DNA from: a virus
Taxonomy: Duplodnaviria; Caudoviricetes
IMG/VR virus record: IMGVR_UViG_3300017963_000593
Location: 1 to 30,844 of that record
Direction: 5' to 3' (one strand)
Length of the DNA: 30,844 bases
Shown here: piece after piece, positions 1 to 9,269 of the stretch
How the letters are laid out: every line of letters begins with the position of its first letter
Numbering within the stretch: position 1 is the first letter of the stretch
Position numbers and translations under genes: made by a program
Notes under the pieces: generated by a model
Seen by the model: only the letters and a program-made list of their open reading frames with translations
Told to the model about the DNA's origin: nothing
Database searches by the model: none

Positions 1-132
1 GATATATCTAACAGAAGTGTCAACTACCAACCTGCGTCTGGCAGCGTAAGTATTGTATCTTTTAGAACAGATACAGGTGCTTTAACAGACGATCAGGGTG
101 TTGACAGTAAATTCCACGGAGACTTAGCATGA
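1..132 (+). CDS. 3' end of a small tail-fibre/receptor-binding-type protein (partial), probable paralog of 129-494
   Basis: Frame 1 is open from base 1 (DISNRSVNYQPASGSVSIVSFRTDTGALTDDQGVDSKFHGDLA*). TGA at 130-132 overlaps the next ATG. Ends in GDLA like the GELA of the next gene. Not in the ORF track. Confidence 0.75.
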   Translation, partial: DISNRSVNYQPASGSVSIVSFRTDTGALTDDQGVDSKFHGDLA

Positions 133-494
133 GTACACTAAACGTATCAAACATCTCCGATGGCACAACAACCGTAGGCACTGGTTATGTCGTCAATGGG
201 TCGGCTAAGGCTTGGGTGACACATGAAGCTGCTACAACTGTGCAAGACAGTCTTAACGTTAGCTCACTAACAGATACTGCGACAGGGAAAACAGCGGTTA
301 ATTTTAGTAATTCTTTTGGTGCTAAAAATTATGCTACAAGTATTTGTCAAATGAGGAGTAGCGGGTCTAATTCTGAGTATGAAGACAATGGAATAGCCGG
401 AAACGCTTCTAATGTGAACGTTGTTTTTACAAGCGGTACTTCCTTTGCGGATACCAACCACGCAAGCATTATTTCTATTGGAGAACTCGCATGA
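129..494 (+). CDS. small tail-fibre-associated beta-rich protein (GSAKAWV...SLNVSSLTD motif)
   Basis: 121 aa, Ser/Thr/Gly/Asn-rich. Motif resembles small tail-fibre domains of marine podoviruses. GGAGA RBS and ATGA coupling at both ends. Confidence 0.7.
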   Translation: MSTLNVSNISDGTTTVGTGYVVNGSAKAWVTHEAATTVQDSLNVSSLTDTATGKTAVNFSNSFGAKNYATSICQMRSSGSNSEYEDNGIAGNASNVNVVFTSGTSFADTNHASIISIGELA

Positions 495-898
495 CGCATC
501 TCTGGGAACGCCTACTAGAAGCCAAGTCACGCTTGAAGCCTGTGCAGTCTAAGTACCGTGTGCTGTTTGAAGACCCACGGGAACCAGACGCCCCTGCCAA
601 GGTGCTTGTCCCTGATCCAAACTTTCTGGCAGCTGGTCTGGCTGGCGGTTACCTCAGTCCAATTGAGACATATCTACGTGACCGTGACGTGCCTGACGGA
701 GAGCCGAAAGAGCATCCATATGCAGAGCCTATTGGTCCCCAAGACGAAGAGACACTTATCGAATATCTCATTCAAAAGGATATCTGTCCAAGCATATGGA
801 GAGACTACCAAGGCAACCGCACGATCCTAAAGATTGTGCCTGTTGAAATGATCCCTTCGGATCGGTCATTTAGAAACGCATGGAGAATTGCACAATGA
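491..898 (+). CDS. putative tail fibre assembly/chaperone-like protein
   Basis: 135 aa, C-terminal KD..P..IV....IPSDRSFRNAW motif seen in fibre-associated proteins; located within the fibre module. Confidence 0.5.
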   Translation: MTHLWERLLEAKSRLKPVQSKYRVLFEDPREPDAPAKVLVPDPNFLAAGLAGGYLSPIETYLRDRDVPDGEPKEHPYAEPIGPQDEETLIEYLIQKDICPSIWRDYQGNRTILKIVPVEMIPSDRSFRNAWRIAQ

Positions 899-1242
899 CG
901 ACCTATATTAACATCAACGGAGATGTTCGTGATGCAGCATCTCTTACCGTTCCAACAGACCGCACCTTCCGTGGGGCTTGGTCATTCAACGGCAATGCTG
1001 TTGAAGTAGACATGGCGGCTGCACGTGACATCCACAAGGACAACCTACGTGCAGAACGTAAGCCACGCCTAGAAGCCTTGGACGTTGCTTATATGAAAGC
1101 ACTAGAAGCTGGCACAGGTGCGGCTGAGATTGCAACCCAAAAGCAAACACTGCGTAACATCACAAATGATGCACGTATTGCAGCGGCAGCGACACCTGAT
1201 GCACTCAAGGCATTGGACTTGGCTACCCTGTTGGGAGAATAA
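895..1242 (+). CDS. putative tail fibre assembly chaperone
   Basis: Start moved to ATG 895 (ATGA overlap, GGAGA at 882-886). Contains PTDRTFRGAW and LRAER...L..LD......Q.LR.IT, which resembles fibre-assembly chaperones. Confidence 0.6.
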   Translation: MTTYININGDVRDAASLTVPTDRTFRGAWSFNGNAVEVDMAAARDIHKDNLRAERKPRLEALDVAYMKALEAGTGAAEIATQKQTLRNITNDARIAAAATPDALKALDLATLLGE

Positions 1243-1245
1243 GCT

Positions 1246-2343
1246 ATGAGCAAGGCACGACAGTTAGCAGACTTAGGTAACGTCTATGACGATGGTGCCT
1301 TGTCGAACAGGAACCGCATCATCAACGGTGCAATGGTCATTGATCAACGCAACGGCGGGTCGGCGGTGACGCCTACTGCTGACGGAACTTATACGCTTGA
1401 CCGTTGGCAGTCTCAACTAAGCGCATCATCTAAGTTTTCAGTACAGAAAAGTTCAACGGCTCCCGATGGTTTTTCATCTTCAATGCTGATTACATCGCTT
1501 TCTGCGTTTTCTGTTGCTAGTGGCTCATATTTCCGCCAAGCACAGGTTATTGAGGGCTTTAATACTGCTGACTTGGGTTGGGGCACCGCAAGCGCACAAG
1601 ACGTAACTCTGTCATTCTGGGTCCGTTCAAGCCTTACGGGAACTTTCGGCGGTGCGATTAACAACTCTGCTCAAAACCGATCTTACCCTTTTACATACAC
1701 GATCAGCACGGCAAATACTTGGGAGCAAAAGACCCTCACGATTGCGGGAGACACAAGCGGAACGTGGAACACTAACAACTTAGGCGGCGTTATTGTTTCA
1801 CTTGGCCTTGGTGTTGGATCAACGTACAGCGGAACTGCTGGAGCATGGGCGGGTGCAACATACTTGTCAGCCACAGGAGCAACCTCAGTCGTCGGAACCA
1901 ACGGAGCAACCTTCTACCTCACAGGCGTTCAATTGGAAGTTGGCGATTTAAGCACCGCCACCCCCTTTGAGCATCGGTCATACGGGGATGAACTGGCGAG
2001 GTGCCAGAGGTATTTTAACCGATATAAAACGGCGGGGGGCTATACGCTTGTAATTCCCTCTATAAATGGTGGAACCGCAAATGCACGTTGCGCAATTGCT
2101 TTGAGTACAAAACTTAGAACCACTCCAACAGTTACACCTTCCTCGTCGGACGCTATGGCGATTAGAAATAACGGTAGTTTTACGTTTTATACTTCAACTG
2201 CGGTAGGGCTTGGAAGTGAACAACAGGTAGAACCTAATTTTGTAGCTCTTAGCGTAACTGTTGCAAGTGGGCTTACGTCTGCGTCAATAAACCTTCCTTA
2301 TATAAATACTGACGGTTACATAGACTGTGATGCGGAGCTTTAA
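1246..2343 (+). CDS. tail fibre / receptor-binding protein with carbohydrate-binding-like domain
   Basis: 365 aa with NRNRIINGAM..DQR, DRW and VQLEVG..ATPFEHRSYGDELARCQRYF motifs typical of podovirus fibre proteins. Confidence 0.8.
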   Translation: MSKARQLADLGNVYDDGALSNRNRIINGAMVIDQRNGGSAVTPTADGTYTLDRWQSQLSASSKFSVQKSSTAPDGFSSSMLITSLSAFSVASGSYFRQAQVIEGFNTADLGWGTASAQDVTLSFWVRSSLTGTFGGAINNSAQNRSYPFTYTISTANTWEQKTLTIAGDTSGTWNTNNLGGVIVSLGLGVGSTYSGTAGAWAGATYLSATGATSVVGTNGATFYLTGVQLEVGDLSTATPFEHRSYGDELARCQRYFNRYKTAGGYTLVIPSINGGTANARCAIALSTKLRTTPTVTPSSSDAMAIRNNGSFTFYTSTAVGLGSEQQVEPNFVALSVTVASGLTSASINLPYINTDGYIDCDAEL

Positions 2344-2345
2344 CT

Positions 2346-2534
2346 ATGAACATAACTAATGCAAAATATGTTAACGATTATATGGGCAATGAGTTAGTTG
2401 CAGAAAACTATGCTATTACTGCAACGATAGATGGAGTTGTATGCTCTGTTCCAGTAAACCCCAGCAACCGCCACTACGCAGAGATCATGCGTCAGGTTGA
2501 GGCTGGGACGCTTGTGATACAAGAGGCTGACTGA
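2346..2534 (+). CDS. small fibre-associated protein (probable chaperone)
   Basis: 62 aa, SVP.NP.NRHYAEI motif; directly follows the fibre gene; TGATG coupling to the next gene. Confidence 0.55.
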   Translation: MNITNAKYVNDYMGNELVAENYAITATIDGVVCSVPVNPSNRHYAEIMRQVEAGTLVIQEAD

Positions 2535-2770
2535 TGGCTCCTGAAGAACTTGAAGCAATGTTAGACAGGGCAGCTAAAAAAGGTGCAGCAGAGGCATTGC
2601 GTTCTTTAGGATTACACGATGAAGATGCAGCAGGTGATATACGTGATATGCGTAGTTTACTTGACGCATGGAGAATGACCAAGAAAAGTATCTGGTCTAC
2701 TACAGTTAAGATGGGTACAGTAGCTGTACTAAGCTTTATAGCTGCTGCAATGTGGATGTCTTTAAAGTAA
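2534..2770 (+). CDS. small C-terminally anchored membrane protein (DUF6127-like)
   Basis: EELEAMLDRAA..GA..AL..LGL.DEDA..DIRD.RSLLDAWR followed by a hydrophobic C-terminal helix; family recalled from alphaproteobacterial phages. Confidence 0.6.
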   Translation: MAPEELEAMLDRAAKKGAAEALRSLGLHDEDAAGDIRDMRSLLDAWRMTKKSIWSTTVKMGTVAVLSFIAAAMWMSLK

Positions 2771-4306
2771 ATGTCAGCTTTAGATCAAATAAGAATAGCT
2801 GCTGAAGATGATCTGGTAACCTTTATTAAACTTATAGCACCAGAGCAAGTACTAGGGCAATGTCACGAAGATGTCTGCAATTGGTGGACAAGAGAAGACA
2901 GTAAGTCACATCAGCTACTTCTATTCCCTAGGGATCACGGCAAGTCACGGCTTATAGCTTACAGGGTAGCATGGGAACTAACCAAAGACCCAACACTTAG
3001 AATACTTTATATCTCAGCAACAGCTAACCTAGCAGAGAAACAACTAGGCTTTATCAAAGGCATACTTACATCTGAGATATACAGACGGTACTGGCCTGAT
3101 CACGTAAACTTTGATGAAGGCAAACGTACACGATGGACCAACTCAGAGATTATGTTGGATCATCCTTTAAGGAAGAAAGAAAATGTTAGAGACCCTTCGA
3201 TCTTTACTGGTGGACTTACGACTTCGCTTACAGGACTTCATTGCGACATCGCAGTCCTTGATGATTGTGTCGTTTACGAAAATGCTTACACAGGCGAGGG
3301 AAGGAATAAAGTCAAAAGTCAATACTCTCTTCTCTCCTCTATTGAAGGTGCTGAAGCGAAAGAGTGGGTCGTAGGCACTAGGTATCACCCTTCTGATCTG
3401 TACAATGATCTTCTTCAAATGATGGAAGACCAGTACAACGAGAACGGTGAGAAGACAGGTGAAGAGAATATCTACGAGGTATTTGAGAGACCAGTGGAAG
3501 ACCTAGGGGATGGCACAGGTGAGTTCCTCTGGCCTAGACAGCAACGTAAAGACGGTAAGTGGTTCGGGTTTGACATTAAAATTCTCGCTAAGAAACGAGG
3601 TCAGTACTTAGACAAAGGCCAGTTCAGAGCACAGTACTACAACGACCCTTCTGATCCAGACAACGTTCCCGTAGGCAGCGAAAAGTTTCAGTACTTTGAT
3701 CGTAAGCATTTAAAAGAAGAAAACGGATACTGGTTCTATAAAGACAACAAGTTAAACCTGTATGCAGCCGTTGACTTTGCATTTAGTTTATCTAAGAAGG
3801 CTGACTCAACAGCTATCGTTGTCATAGGAATAGATGCTGACAACAATGTTTATGTTTTAGATATTGACAGGTTCAAGACTGATCGCATCTCAGTTTACTT
3901 TGATCACATCTTTCATCTGGTCAACAAGTGGTCATTCAGAAAAATGAGGGCCGAAACAACAGTAGCTCAGATGGCTATTGTCAGACAACTAAAAGAACTA
4001 ATCAAACAACATGGGTTGTCTTTAAGTATCAACGAGTACAGACCCAATAAGAACCAAGGCAACAAACAGGAACGGATAGCTTCTATTTTGGAACCTCGTT
4101 ATGATAACATGAGCATGTGGCACTACAGGGGTGGCAACATTCAAATACTAGAAGAAGAGTTGTCTTCTCGTAACCCTGCACACGATGACGTTATAGATGC
4201 CTTAGCTTCAGCAGTTGACATGGCAGTTAAACCTTCTAGGAAAATCTTTAGAAGCAGAGACAACGTTGTACAGTTTAATAAAAGATTTGGTGGAGTTTCG
4301 TTCTAA
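2771..4306 (+). CDS. terL: terminase large subunit
   Basis: 511 aa; Walker A-like PRDHGKS, Walker B IAVLDD, coupling motif VGTRY, nuclease motifs AVDFA and HDDVIDALA; immediately upstream of portal. Confidence 0.95.
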   Translation: MSALDQIRIAAEDDLVTFIKLIAPEQVLGQCHEDVCNWWTREDSKSHQLLLFPRDHGKSRLIAYRVAWELTKDPTLRILYISATANLAEKQLGFIKGILTSEIYRRYWPDHVNFDEGKRTRWTNSEIMLDHPLRKKENVRDPSIFTGGLTTSLTGLHCDIAVLDDCVVYENAYTGEGRNKVKSQYSLLSSIEGAEAKEWVVGTRYHPSDLYNDLLQMMEDQYNENGEKTGEENIYEVFERPVEDLGDGTGEFLWPRQQRKDGKWFGFDIKILAKKRGQYLDKGQFRAQYYNDPSDPDNVPVGSEKFQYFDRKHLKEENGYWFYKDNKLNLYAAVDFAFSLSKKADSTAIVVIGIDADNNVYVLDIDRFKTDRISVYFDHIFHLVNKWSFRKMRAETTVAQMAIVRQLKELIKQHGLSLSINEYRPNKNQGNKQERIASILEPRYDNMSMWHYRGGNIQILEEELSSRNPAHDDVIDALASAVDMAVKPSRKIFRSRDNVVQFNKRFGGVSF

Positions 4307-6051
4307 TGGCTGGAACAACTATTGATCTCTATTCTCTTATAGCTCCTCACGCATTAGCTACGGAGATTGCAGACAGATGGACTATTTGGAATAACTCACG
4401 TCAGCAAAAGATCGAAGAGTGGAAAGAAATCCGTAACTATATCTACGCAACGGATACTCGTACTACCTCCAACAGTAAGCTGCCTTGGACTAACAGTACG
4501 ACAACACCTAAGCTAACACAGATTGCTGACAATTTACATGCTAATTATTTCTCAGCTTTGTTTCCTCAGAAACGTTTCTTTAGGTTTGAAGCGAGTGATC
4601 AAGAAGCTAACACAAAGAATAAACGTGACGTTATCCAAGCCTACATGGAAAACAAAATACGTCAGTCAGACTTTGAGAATACTGTAAGCAAACTTATCAA
4701 TGATTATATTCAGTACGGAAACTGTTTTGCTACTGTAGATTTTGTCAGAGACTACACTGAGTACGAGGATGGTGAGAGGGCCGTTAACTATGTTGGACCT
4801 AAGCTTGTTCGTGTTTCTCCTTTTGATATTTGTTTTAACCCCTTAGCCGCTTCCTTTATTGACTCACCTAAAATTGTCAGAACGCTTCTTACAAAGGGTG
4901 AAGTCAAAAGAAAAATTGACGAGACTGTAGACAACGCCTACATGAACGACATCTTTGAGAAGATGATGTATAACCGTTCATATGCTACAGGTAATGACGT
5001 AGATGTACATAAGTCAGAGGGGTTCTTAGCTGATGGGTTTTCTGACATCAAGCAATACTTTGAGTCTGACTATATAGAAATCCTTACGTTCTACGGTGAC
5101 ATGTACGATGCTGATACAAATCAGTTCATGAAGAACCGTGTGATCACAGTTGTTGACAGGTCTTATGTCTTGTCAAACGAACAGAACCCTAGTTGGCTAG
5201 GCAAAGCTTCTGTCTTCCATGCAGGTTGGAGAGATCGTCCTGATAACCTCTATGCAATGGGACCACTGGATAACCTAGTAGGTATGCAGTATCGTATTGA
5301 CCACTTAGAGAATCTCAAGGCTGATGTCTTTGATCAGATAGCCTATCCTATTCTCAAAATCAGAGGTGACGTAGAGGACTTTGACTTTGAGCCAGCAGCC
5401 CGTATATACATGGGTGAAGAAGGTGACGTAGGGTACCTAGCACCAGATGCAACTGCACTCAATGCTGACTTCCAGATTCAGAACCTAGAGAATAAAATGG
5501 AGATGATGGCAGGTGCACCAAGGGAAGCTATGGGTATCCGTAGTGCAGGTGAGAAGACAGCCTTCGAAGTAAACCAATTGATGACAGCAGCAGGTCGTAT
5601 CTTCCAGCATAAGACTGCACACTTCGAAAGAGTTTTCTTAGAGCCTATCCTCAATGCTATGCTAGAAGCAGCTAGACGTAACATGGATTATGCTGACACT
5701 ATCAGAGTCCTCAACGAAGATACTGGTGTCTTTTTCTTCGAAGAGATTACCAAGGAAGACATCAAAGCTAACGGTAAGATAGTGCCTATGGGTGCTAGAC
5801 ACTTTGCTGAAAGAGCACAGAGGGTACAGAATATTACTCAGCTATACCAACTTAAACTAGCTGACCCAGCTATAGCTGTCCACATGTCAGGCAAAGAGTT
5901 TGCTCGTATCTTGGCTGATGAGTTAGGTGAGCCTACCTTGTTTGCGGAGAACGTAGCTATCCTTGAGCAAATGCAGACTGAGAAGATGTCGATAGAAGCT
6001 CAAGTTCAACTAGAGGAAGAACAAGAAATTGCTATTGAGAAAGGACTATAA
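4306..6051 (+). CDS. portal (head-tail connector) protein
   Basis: 581 aa, position after TerL, size and motifs (YGNCF, RVSPFDI, GEKTAFEV) consistent with podovirus portals. Confidence 0.9.
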   Translation: MAGTTIDLYSLIAPHALATEIADRWTIWNNSRQQKIEEWKEIRNYIYATDTRTTSNSKLPWTNSTTTPKLTQIADNLHANYFSALFPQKRFFRFEASDQEANTKNKRDVIQAYMENKIRQSDFENTVSKLINDYIQYGNCFATVDFVRDYTEYEDGERAVNYVGPKLVRVSPFDICFNPLAASFIDSPKIVRTLLTKGEVKRKIDETVDNAYMNDIFEKMMYNRSYATGNDVDVHKSEGFLADGFSDIKQYFESDYIEILTFYGDMYDADTNQFMKNRVITVVDRSYVLSNEQNPSWLGKASVFHAGWRDRPDNLYAMGPLDNLVGMQYRIDHLENLKADVFDQIAYPILKIRGDVEDFDFEPAARIYMGEEGDVGYLAPDATALNADFQIQNLENKMEMMAGAPREAMGIRSAGEKTAFEVNQLMTAAGRIFQHKTAHFERVFLEPILNAMLEAARRNMDYADTIRVLNEDTGVFFFEEITKEDIKANGKIVPMGARHFAERAQRVQNITQLYQLKLADPAIAVHMSGKEFARILADELGEPTLFAENVAILEQMQTEKMSIEAQVQLEEEQEIAIEKGL

Positions 6052-6052
6052 G

Positions 6053-6121
6053 ATGCCATATAAAAAGGGCAAGGTCAAACCTTACAAGAACACAACTAAG
6101 AAGCCAATGAAAAAGAAATAA
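6053..6121 (+). CDS. 22-aa Lys-rich microprotein
   Basis: MPYKKGKVKPYKNTTKKPMKKK*. AAAGGA RBS at about 6040-6045; TAATG coupling to the next gene; exactly fills the gap after portal. Confidence 0.6.
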   Translation: MPYKKGKVKPYKNTTKKPMKKK

Positions 6122-6363
6122 TGAAGTCCTATTGGTTTTCTAAATGCAAAACACCTGAGGAAAAGTTTGAGCTACGACAAAAAATCTTGTCAAACCGTGA
6201 AAGCTTAGACCGCCTCAGAGAAATACTTGAGCCTATGCTCAAGGATACAGGACCAGAGGCTGACTATGACAGCCCCTCATGGGCCTACAAGCAAGCTGAT
6301 CGTATCGGCTACAACAGAGCACTAACCAAGGTGCTTGATATTATCAACCTAGACAAGGAATAA
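6121..6363 (+). CDS. conserved-type hypothetical protein between portal and scaffold
   Basis: 80 aa with DYDSPSWAYKQADRIGY motif; tight packing with neighbours. Confidence 0.75.
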   Translation: MKSYWFSKCKTPEEKFELRQKILSNRESLDRLREILEPMLKDTGPEADYDSPSWAYKQADRIGYNRALTKVLDIINLDKE

Positions 6364-6367
6364 CATT

Positions 6368-7132
6368 ATGGTATTTTCTGAGCAGAGTCCAACCACAGAC
6401 CAAACTCAGGCAGAGCAACAAGTACAAGAAGCCCCACCACAGGATTCGTACTTACAGAAGCTCGTAGAGACTAAGGGAGAAAACTGGAAAGACCCTGAGG
6501 TACTAGCCAAAGGCAAGTTAGAAGCTGATGGCTACATTAAAAACTTAGAGGCTCAACTTGAAGAAATGAGAGAAGACCTCAAGAAGTCACAGTACCAAAA
6601 GGAAGTTTTCGAACAACTTCAGAGTAAGGCCACTGACTCTACTACAGTAAACTCTGGGGTGTCTCAAGATAAAAGTAGCATTAATAGCCAGAACACCACT
6701 GCACCTATTAATGAGGAAGACCTGAAGAGCCTAGTCGAACAGACACTTACTCAACGAGAACAAGAGAGTATTATTAAACGTAATCTTGCTCAAGTTGATG
6801 CAGAGCTAGAGAAAAGTTTTGGCACTGAAGCCAAGGCTGAGATCGAAAAGAAAGCATTTGAGTTAGGTATGTCATTGGAACGTATGCGTGACATTGCTGC
6901 TGAATCTCCTTCTGCCTTCTTTGCTCTTATCGGTGAACCAAAGAAAACCTTTAGTCCTATAACTCAAGGTTCGGTTCGTACCGAAGGTGTCGGTATGCAA
7001 ACCTCTACGGAACGTAATTGGTCTTACTACCAAAAACTACGTAGGGAAAATCGTAACATGTACTATTCAGCCAAGACACAACAGCAAATGTTTGAAGACA
7101 AAGCCCGTCTTGGTGACAAGTTTGGTGCATAA
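6368..7132 (+). CDS. capsid scaffolding protein
   Basis: 254 aa, acidic, coiled-coil-like, directly upstream of the major capsid gene; AAGGA RBS. Confidence 0.8.
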   Translation: MVFSEQSPTTDQTQAEQQVQEAPPQDSYLQKLVETKGENWKDPEVLAKGKLEADGYIKNLEAQLEEMREDLKKSQYQKEVFEQLQSKATDSTTVNSGVSQDKSSINSQNTTAPINEEDLKSLVEQTLTQREQESIIKRNLAQVDAELEKSFGTEAKAEIEKKAFELGMSLERMRDIAAESPSAFFALIGEPKKTFSPITQGSVRTEGVGMQTSTERNWSYYQKLRRENRNMYYSAKTQQQMFEDKARLGDKFGA

Positions 7133-7147
7133 GGAAGGAACTTAGAA

Positions 7148-8116
7148 ATGGCAATGACCACATCTAATACCTCGTTCCTGCAACGTGCTCAAGTCTACTC
7201 AACAGAACTCAAAGAGATTCTGCGTGATGAGATGATGGCACAGCGATATGTGCGTATGCTTGATGGTTTTCCTGATGGAAACAATTTCAACATCCCCTCT
7301 ATCGGTCAGGCACAGGTAGACAACTACTCTGAAGACAGTGCAGTTACTTATCGTCCACTCGACACAGGTAACTTCACATTCTCCGTTGACAAGTATCTGT
7401 CATCAGCTACTTACATGACGAAGAAAGCAGAACAAGACACATTCTATGCTAACGAATTGATGTCTCGTTTTGTCCCTGAACAAGAACGTGCAATCATGGA
7501 GCACTTTGAGTCAACTACTCTTGCTGCCCCTGAAGCTGGTGTTTCTGCTAACTCAGAAGAAACACTTAATGGCATTAAGATGCGTGTTGCAGCCTCTGGA
7601 TCAGGTGAGGTAATCACCCTTAAAGAGTTTGCATATGCTCGTTATGCCCTTAAAAAGCAAAGCGTTCCAGATAACAACTTGGTTGCTATCGTTGATCCTT
7701 CAGTTGAATACGCATTGAACACTTTAGGTAACATCGTAAACGTGTCAAACAACCCACGTTTCGAAGGACTTGTTCGTGATGGTATCGCAACTGGTATGCG
7801 TTTCGTAGCAAACGTATATGGCTTCGACGTGTACTGTTCAAACTTCTTGGCAGATGCAACTGACTCAGGTCTTGAGCAAGCGTTTAGCGCAACCACTGGT
7901 GACTTCTCAAGCACCAATGGTAAAGTTAACCTCTTCTTCTCAGCTTCACAAGAAGTAAACCCATTCGTGGGTGCCTTCCGTCAGATGCCTGAGGTTGACT
8001 ATGAGTACAACAAAGACCATCAACGTCATGAGTTCGTAACAACGGCTCGTTATGGTGTCAAGTTGTATCGTCCTGAAAACATGGTTCGTGTTATCACGAA
8101 ACCAACAGTAGCGTAA
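7148..8116 (+). CDS. major capsid protein
   Basis: 322 aa, IPSIGQ and YGVKLYRPE motifs, strong AAGGAAGGA RBS, canonical position. Confidence 0.9.
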   Translation: MAMTTSNTSFLQRAQVYSTELKEILRDEMMAQRYVRMLDGFPDGNNFNIPSIGQAQVDNYSEDSAVTYRPLDTGNFTFSVDKYLSSATYMTKKAEQDTFYANELMSRFVPEQERAIMEHFESTTLAAPEAGVSANSEETLNGIKMRVAASGSGEVITLKEFAYARYALKKQSVPDNNLVAIVDPSVEYALNTLGNIVNVSNNPRFEGLVRDGIATGMRFVANVYGFDVYCSNFLADATDSGLEQAFSATTGDFSSTNGKVNLFFSASQEVNPFVGAFRQMPEVDYEYNKDHQRHEFVTTARYGVKLYRPENMVRVITKPTVA

Positions 8117-8129
8117 GGAGGACTAAATC

Positions 8130-8600
8130 ATGGCATATGTTAATGCAGACGGTCTGGAAATCCTTACGGCTGGTGAAGCAGGTGTTCCAGCAAAGCGTGG
8201 CACAGCAGTTTCTCCTAAGAAAGCTTTGGTAATGACGATCACAGGGACAGACCTTGCTTCTTCAGCAGCGACTCCCCAAGATCACGATGCTTTCATTCCA
8301 GCAGGTTCGTACATCACTTCAGCGAGCCTTATTGTCACTTCAGCCTTCACCTCAGGTGGTGCAGCTACGTTGACAATTGGTGCTTACACACAAGCAGGTG
8401 CTACTGTAGATGCTGACGGTATCGACGCAACTGTTGCTCTTGCGGCTCTCGCAGCTAACAAGGGTGTAGCTTGTAACGGTGATCTAGTCGGTGGTACAGC
8501 CACTGTTGGTGCAGCGGATGTGTACATCGAAGCTAACTACGGCACAGCAGCCTTTACTGCTGGTGAAGCCAAGTTGGTTATCGAATACATCGAACCATAA
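8130..8600 (+). CDS. putative capsid decoration / minor capsid protein
   Basis: 156 aa Ala/Gly/Thr-rich beta protein; very strong AAGGAGG RBS; lies between the capsid gene and a terminator. Confidence 0.6.
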   Translation: MAYVNADGLEILTAGEAGVPAKRGTAVSPKKALVMTITGTDLASSAATPQDHDAFIPAGSYITSASLIVTSAFTSGGAATLTIGAYTQAGATVDADGIDATVALAALAANKGVACNGDLVGGTATVGAADVYIEANYGTAAFTAGEAKLVIEYIEP

Positions 8601-8606
8601 AATACT

Positions 8607-8646
8607 AGGGTGTCCCTAAGTTTTTTAGGGGCATCCTCATTTTTTT
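8607..8646 (+). terminator. intrinsic terminator after the capsid genes
   Basis: 13-bp stem AGGGTGTCCCTAA / TTAGGGGCATCCT (two G-U pairs), loop GTTTT, then CA and a T run. Confidence 0.85.
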
Positions 8647-8647
8647 C

Positions 8648-8676
8648 TTGACAAGATAGATAAAGTATGTTATCAT
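8648..8676 (+). promoter_or_regulatory. sigma70-type promoter for tail genes
   Basis: TTGACA (8648-8653), 17-nt spacer, TATCAT (8671-8676), with extended -10 TG at 8668-8669; intergenic. Confidence 0.8.
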
Positions 8677-8702
8677 ATCTTTAACTGATGCAGGGGCTAT
8701 AT

Positions 8703-9269
8703 ATGGCTAACGTAAATCACAGTTCACTTACTGATCCTTACTTACATGAACCTAAAGGTGTAGCCTCTGCACTTAGTGGTGATGTTTATATAGCTAATGG
8801 TTCAGGTTCAGGAGCTTGGAGACAAGCACATGCCCATGTAGATGCTTACTTAGCATTTGATGCTACTACCCCAGCTTATGCACACTCAGCAACTACATCG
8901 TTTACAGCTATAAACCCAACATTAACTACTTCAAGTACTGATGATTTTACTGTAACCAACACCCCTAATGCTAGACTAACATACACAGGCACTCAAAACA
9001 TTACAAGTAATATCCATATTTCAATATCTACAGCACAAGCAACTGGAACTAACAAAGATGTTCAATGGAAAATATATAAAAATGGTTCTCCTTTGGCTGG
9101 TTCACATGTAATTAGAACTATTAGTTCAGGTTCTTGGGGTTCAGTTTCTTTACTTGGAAATAGTACTTTAGCAACTGATGATTACCTTGAGATATATTCA
9201 AGTATTGATTCAGCAAGTACAGTAAACTACGCATCTATTTTTTGGTCAGTTAAAGGTTTACCAGAATAA
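8703..9269 (+). CDS. virion structural protein (short fibre/spike-like)
   Basis: ATG 8703 with AGGGG RBS preferred over 8688. N-terminal HSSLTDPYLHEPKG..YIANGSGSG.W motif, then a Ser/Thr-rich beta domain. Confidence 0.6.
   Translation: MANVNHSSLTDPYLHEPKGVASALSGDVYIANGSGSGAWRQAHAHVDAYLAFDATTPAYAHSATTSFTAINPTLTTSSTDDFTVTNTPNARLTYTGTQNITSNIHISISTAQATGTNKDVQWKIYKNGSPLAGSHVIRTISSGSWGSVSLLGNSTLATDDYLEIYSSIDSASTVNYASIFWSVKGLPE

Noticed and set aside
8080-8130. T7 gp10A/10B-type capsid frameshift or read-through
   Set aside because: No slippery heptamer near the capsid stop, and the next gene has its own strong AAGGAGG RBS.
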